A stretch of 64,000 nt of DNA from contig NC_134033.1 in NCBI RefSeq assembly GCF_964204645.1, forward strand, positions 14,454,655-14,518,654, written 5' to 3'. The position numbers and the translations under genes were made by a program. The DNA is from Tubulanus polymorphus (lineage: Eukaryota > Animalia > Nemertea). The notes beneath the pieces are model-generated. The model did no database searches. It was not told the DNA's origin and saw nothing but the letters and a program-made list of their open reading frames with translations. Shown here one piece after another: positions 63,128-64,000 of this stretch. Each line of letters begins with the position of its first letter. Position 1 is the stretch's first letter.

Positions 63128-64000
63128 CTATGTCAGTCCGAGTCCCATCTCTTCCAGCAGACTGCGAGGTTCTTCCGATTCCTGAAAAACAATCGATAAA
63201 ACGCGGTTAGTTCAACGTGTTAGACAGTGACGTGTGATTAGAGCCGCAGAGAGAGAACAGTTTACTACGAACAGATTCCACATTCGAGTTACGTTGTTAA
63301 ATGTTAACCTATTGGAACCGAGTCCATTCACCCCAGAGTCGATTGCATCGCGCGCCCTGCCTGGTAATATGTTACAAATTGTCTTACTCCACCGGTGTTT
63401 TCATCACGCTCTAATTCATCGTGATAACAACCCATCCCCGCGGCTCTGACTGCAACGGGCGCACCACGGGAGCGAATTATGGGTATCACATGAGATCCGG
63501 TGCAAGCAGAGTCTACATTACAGTCCGTTATAACGCTGCCATCCTTTTTAATACCACTGCTCGCCTTCATTTTTACAGAGAACAAATTTGCCCGATTTTA
63601 CTCAAATTTAATGACAATATCATTCTTTATAACCCTGCCAAGTTCATTTGAACGCCATGTTTTTCATTGGTCCCAACAGTGACATTTCAAACTGACACTT
63701 TTACTGCAGTTATTTCTCCAAAAAAAATATTATGGACGTCCAAAAAGATCAACTTAATTCAAATATGTACTATATCCCTAATTTAGGGATTTTGGGATAA
63801 AAAGCTGTTTTGAAGGGAAATTGCAATCTGATTTGTCCAGTTCAATCAACACACTTCTATAACCATGTACAATTCGTATACCTCAACCAAAATTTTCCAA
63901 GTCTATAAGCATTGGCGTTACTAAGAGGCTCTATTCCAGACATACCGGTTTGCATGTGGTGGCAGTTAGGACTGAGCGCACTGCTCTGTAAGCCGAGGGT
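63128..64000 (-). CDS. Probable 3' terminal exons of an unidentified gene entering from the right edge
   Basis: Candidate exons ~63946-64000 (G|GTATG donor), ~63388-63565 (DGSVITDCNVDSACTGSH..ENTGG|GTAAG) and 63128-63181 (ESEEPRSLLEEMGLGLT*); no recognisable domain. Confidence 0.4.

Overview
Eukaryotic, intron-rich, AT-rich invertebrate genomic DNA, probably a marine spiralian (taxon is inference only). I rebuilt the gene models by hand from GT-AG sites and codon phase. (1) The 5' half of a type-B carboxylesterase (- strand) with an intronic tRNA-Ala(AGC). (2) A ~2166-aa secreted protein: signal peptide, degenerate VWA domain, Pro/Lys linker, ~43 His-rich 22-aa repeats, 9 Gly/Lys/Tyr 32-aa repeats and a Trp-rich tail. 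It looks like a structural, adhesive or tube protein. (3) An 11-kb tandem cluster (28.3-39.7 kb, all - strand) of at least 8 genes and 2-3 remnants of a micro-protein family I do not recognise. Members mix three modules: a tandem H-x3/4-C-xn-C-x1/3-C pair, an SN(L/I/V)PxxDxxR motif, and a phase-2 spliced CaaX (C-x-x-L) tail. Several share octamer, kB-like and TATA promoter motifs. (4) Two small paralogous two-exon genes flanking that cluster. (5) A secreted Gly/Tyr-rich protein. (6) A VWA-EGF-VWD(GDPH)-C8-TIL-F5/8C protein with two novel 10-Cys modules, carrying a nested antisense intronless class A GPCR. (7) The probable 3' end of another gene. The window also holds many MITE/foldback elements, SINE-like and LINE remnants, a (TA)n tract and a 25-bp minisatellite. 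The best candidate for an undescribed system is the modular Zn-finger/CaaX micro-protein cluster, followed by the His-rich biomaterial protein and its secreted neighbours.
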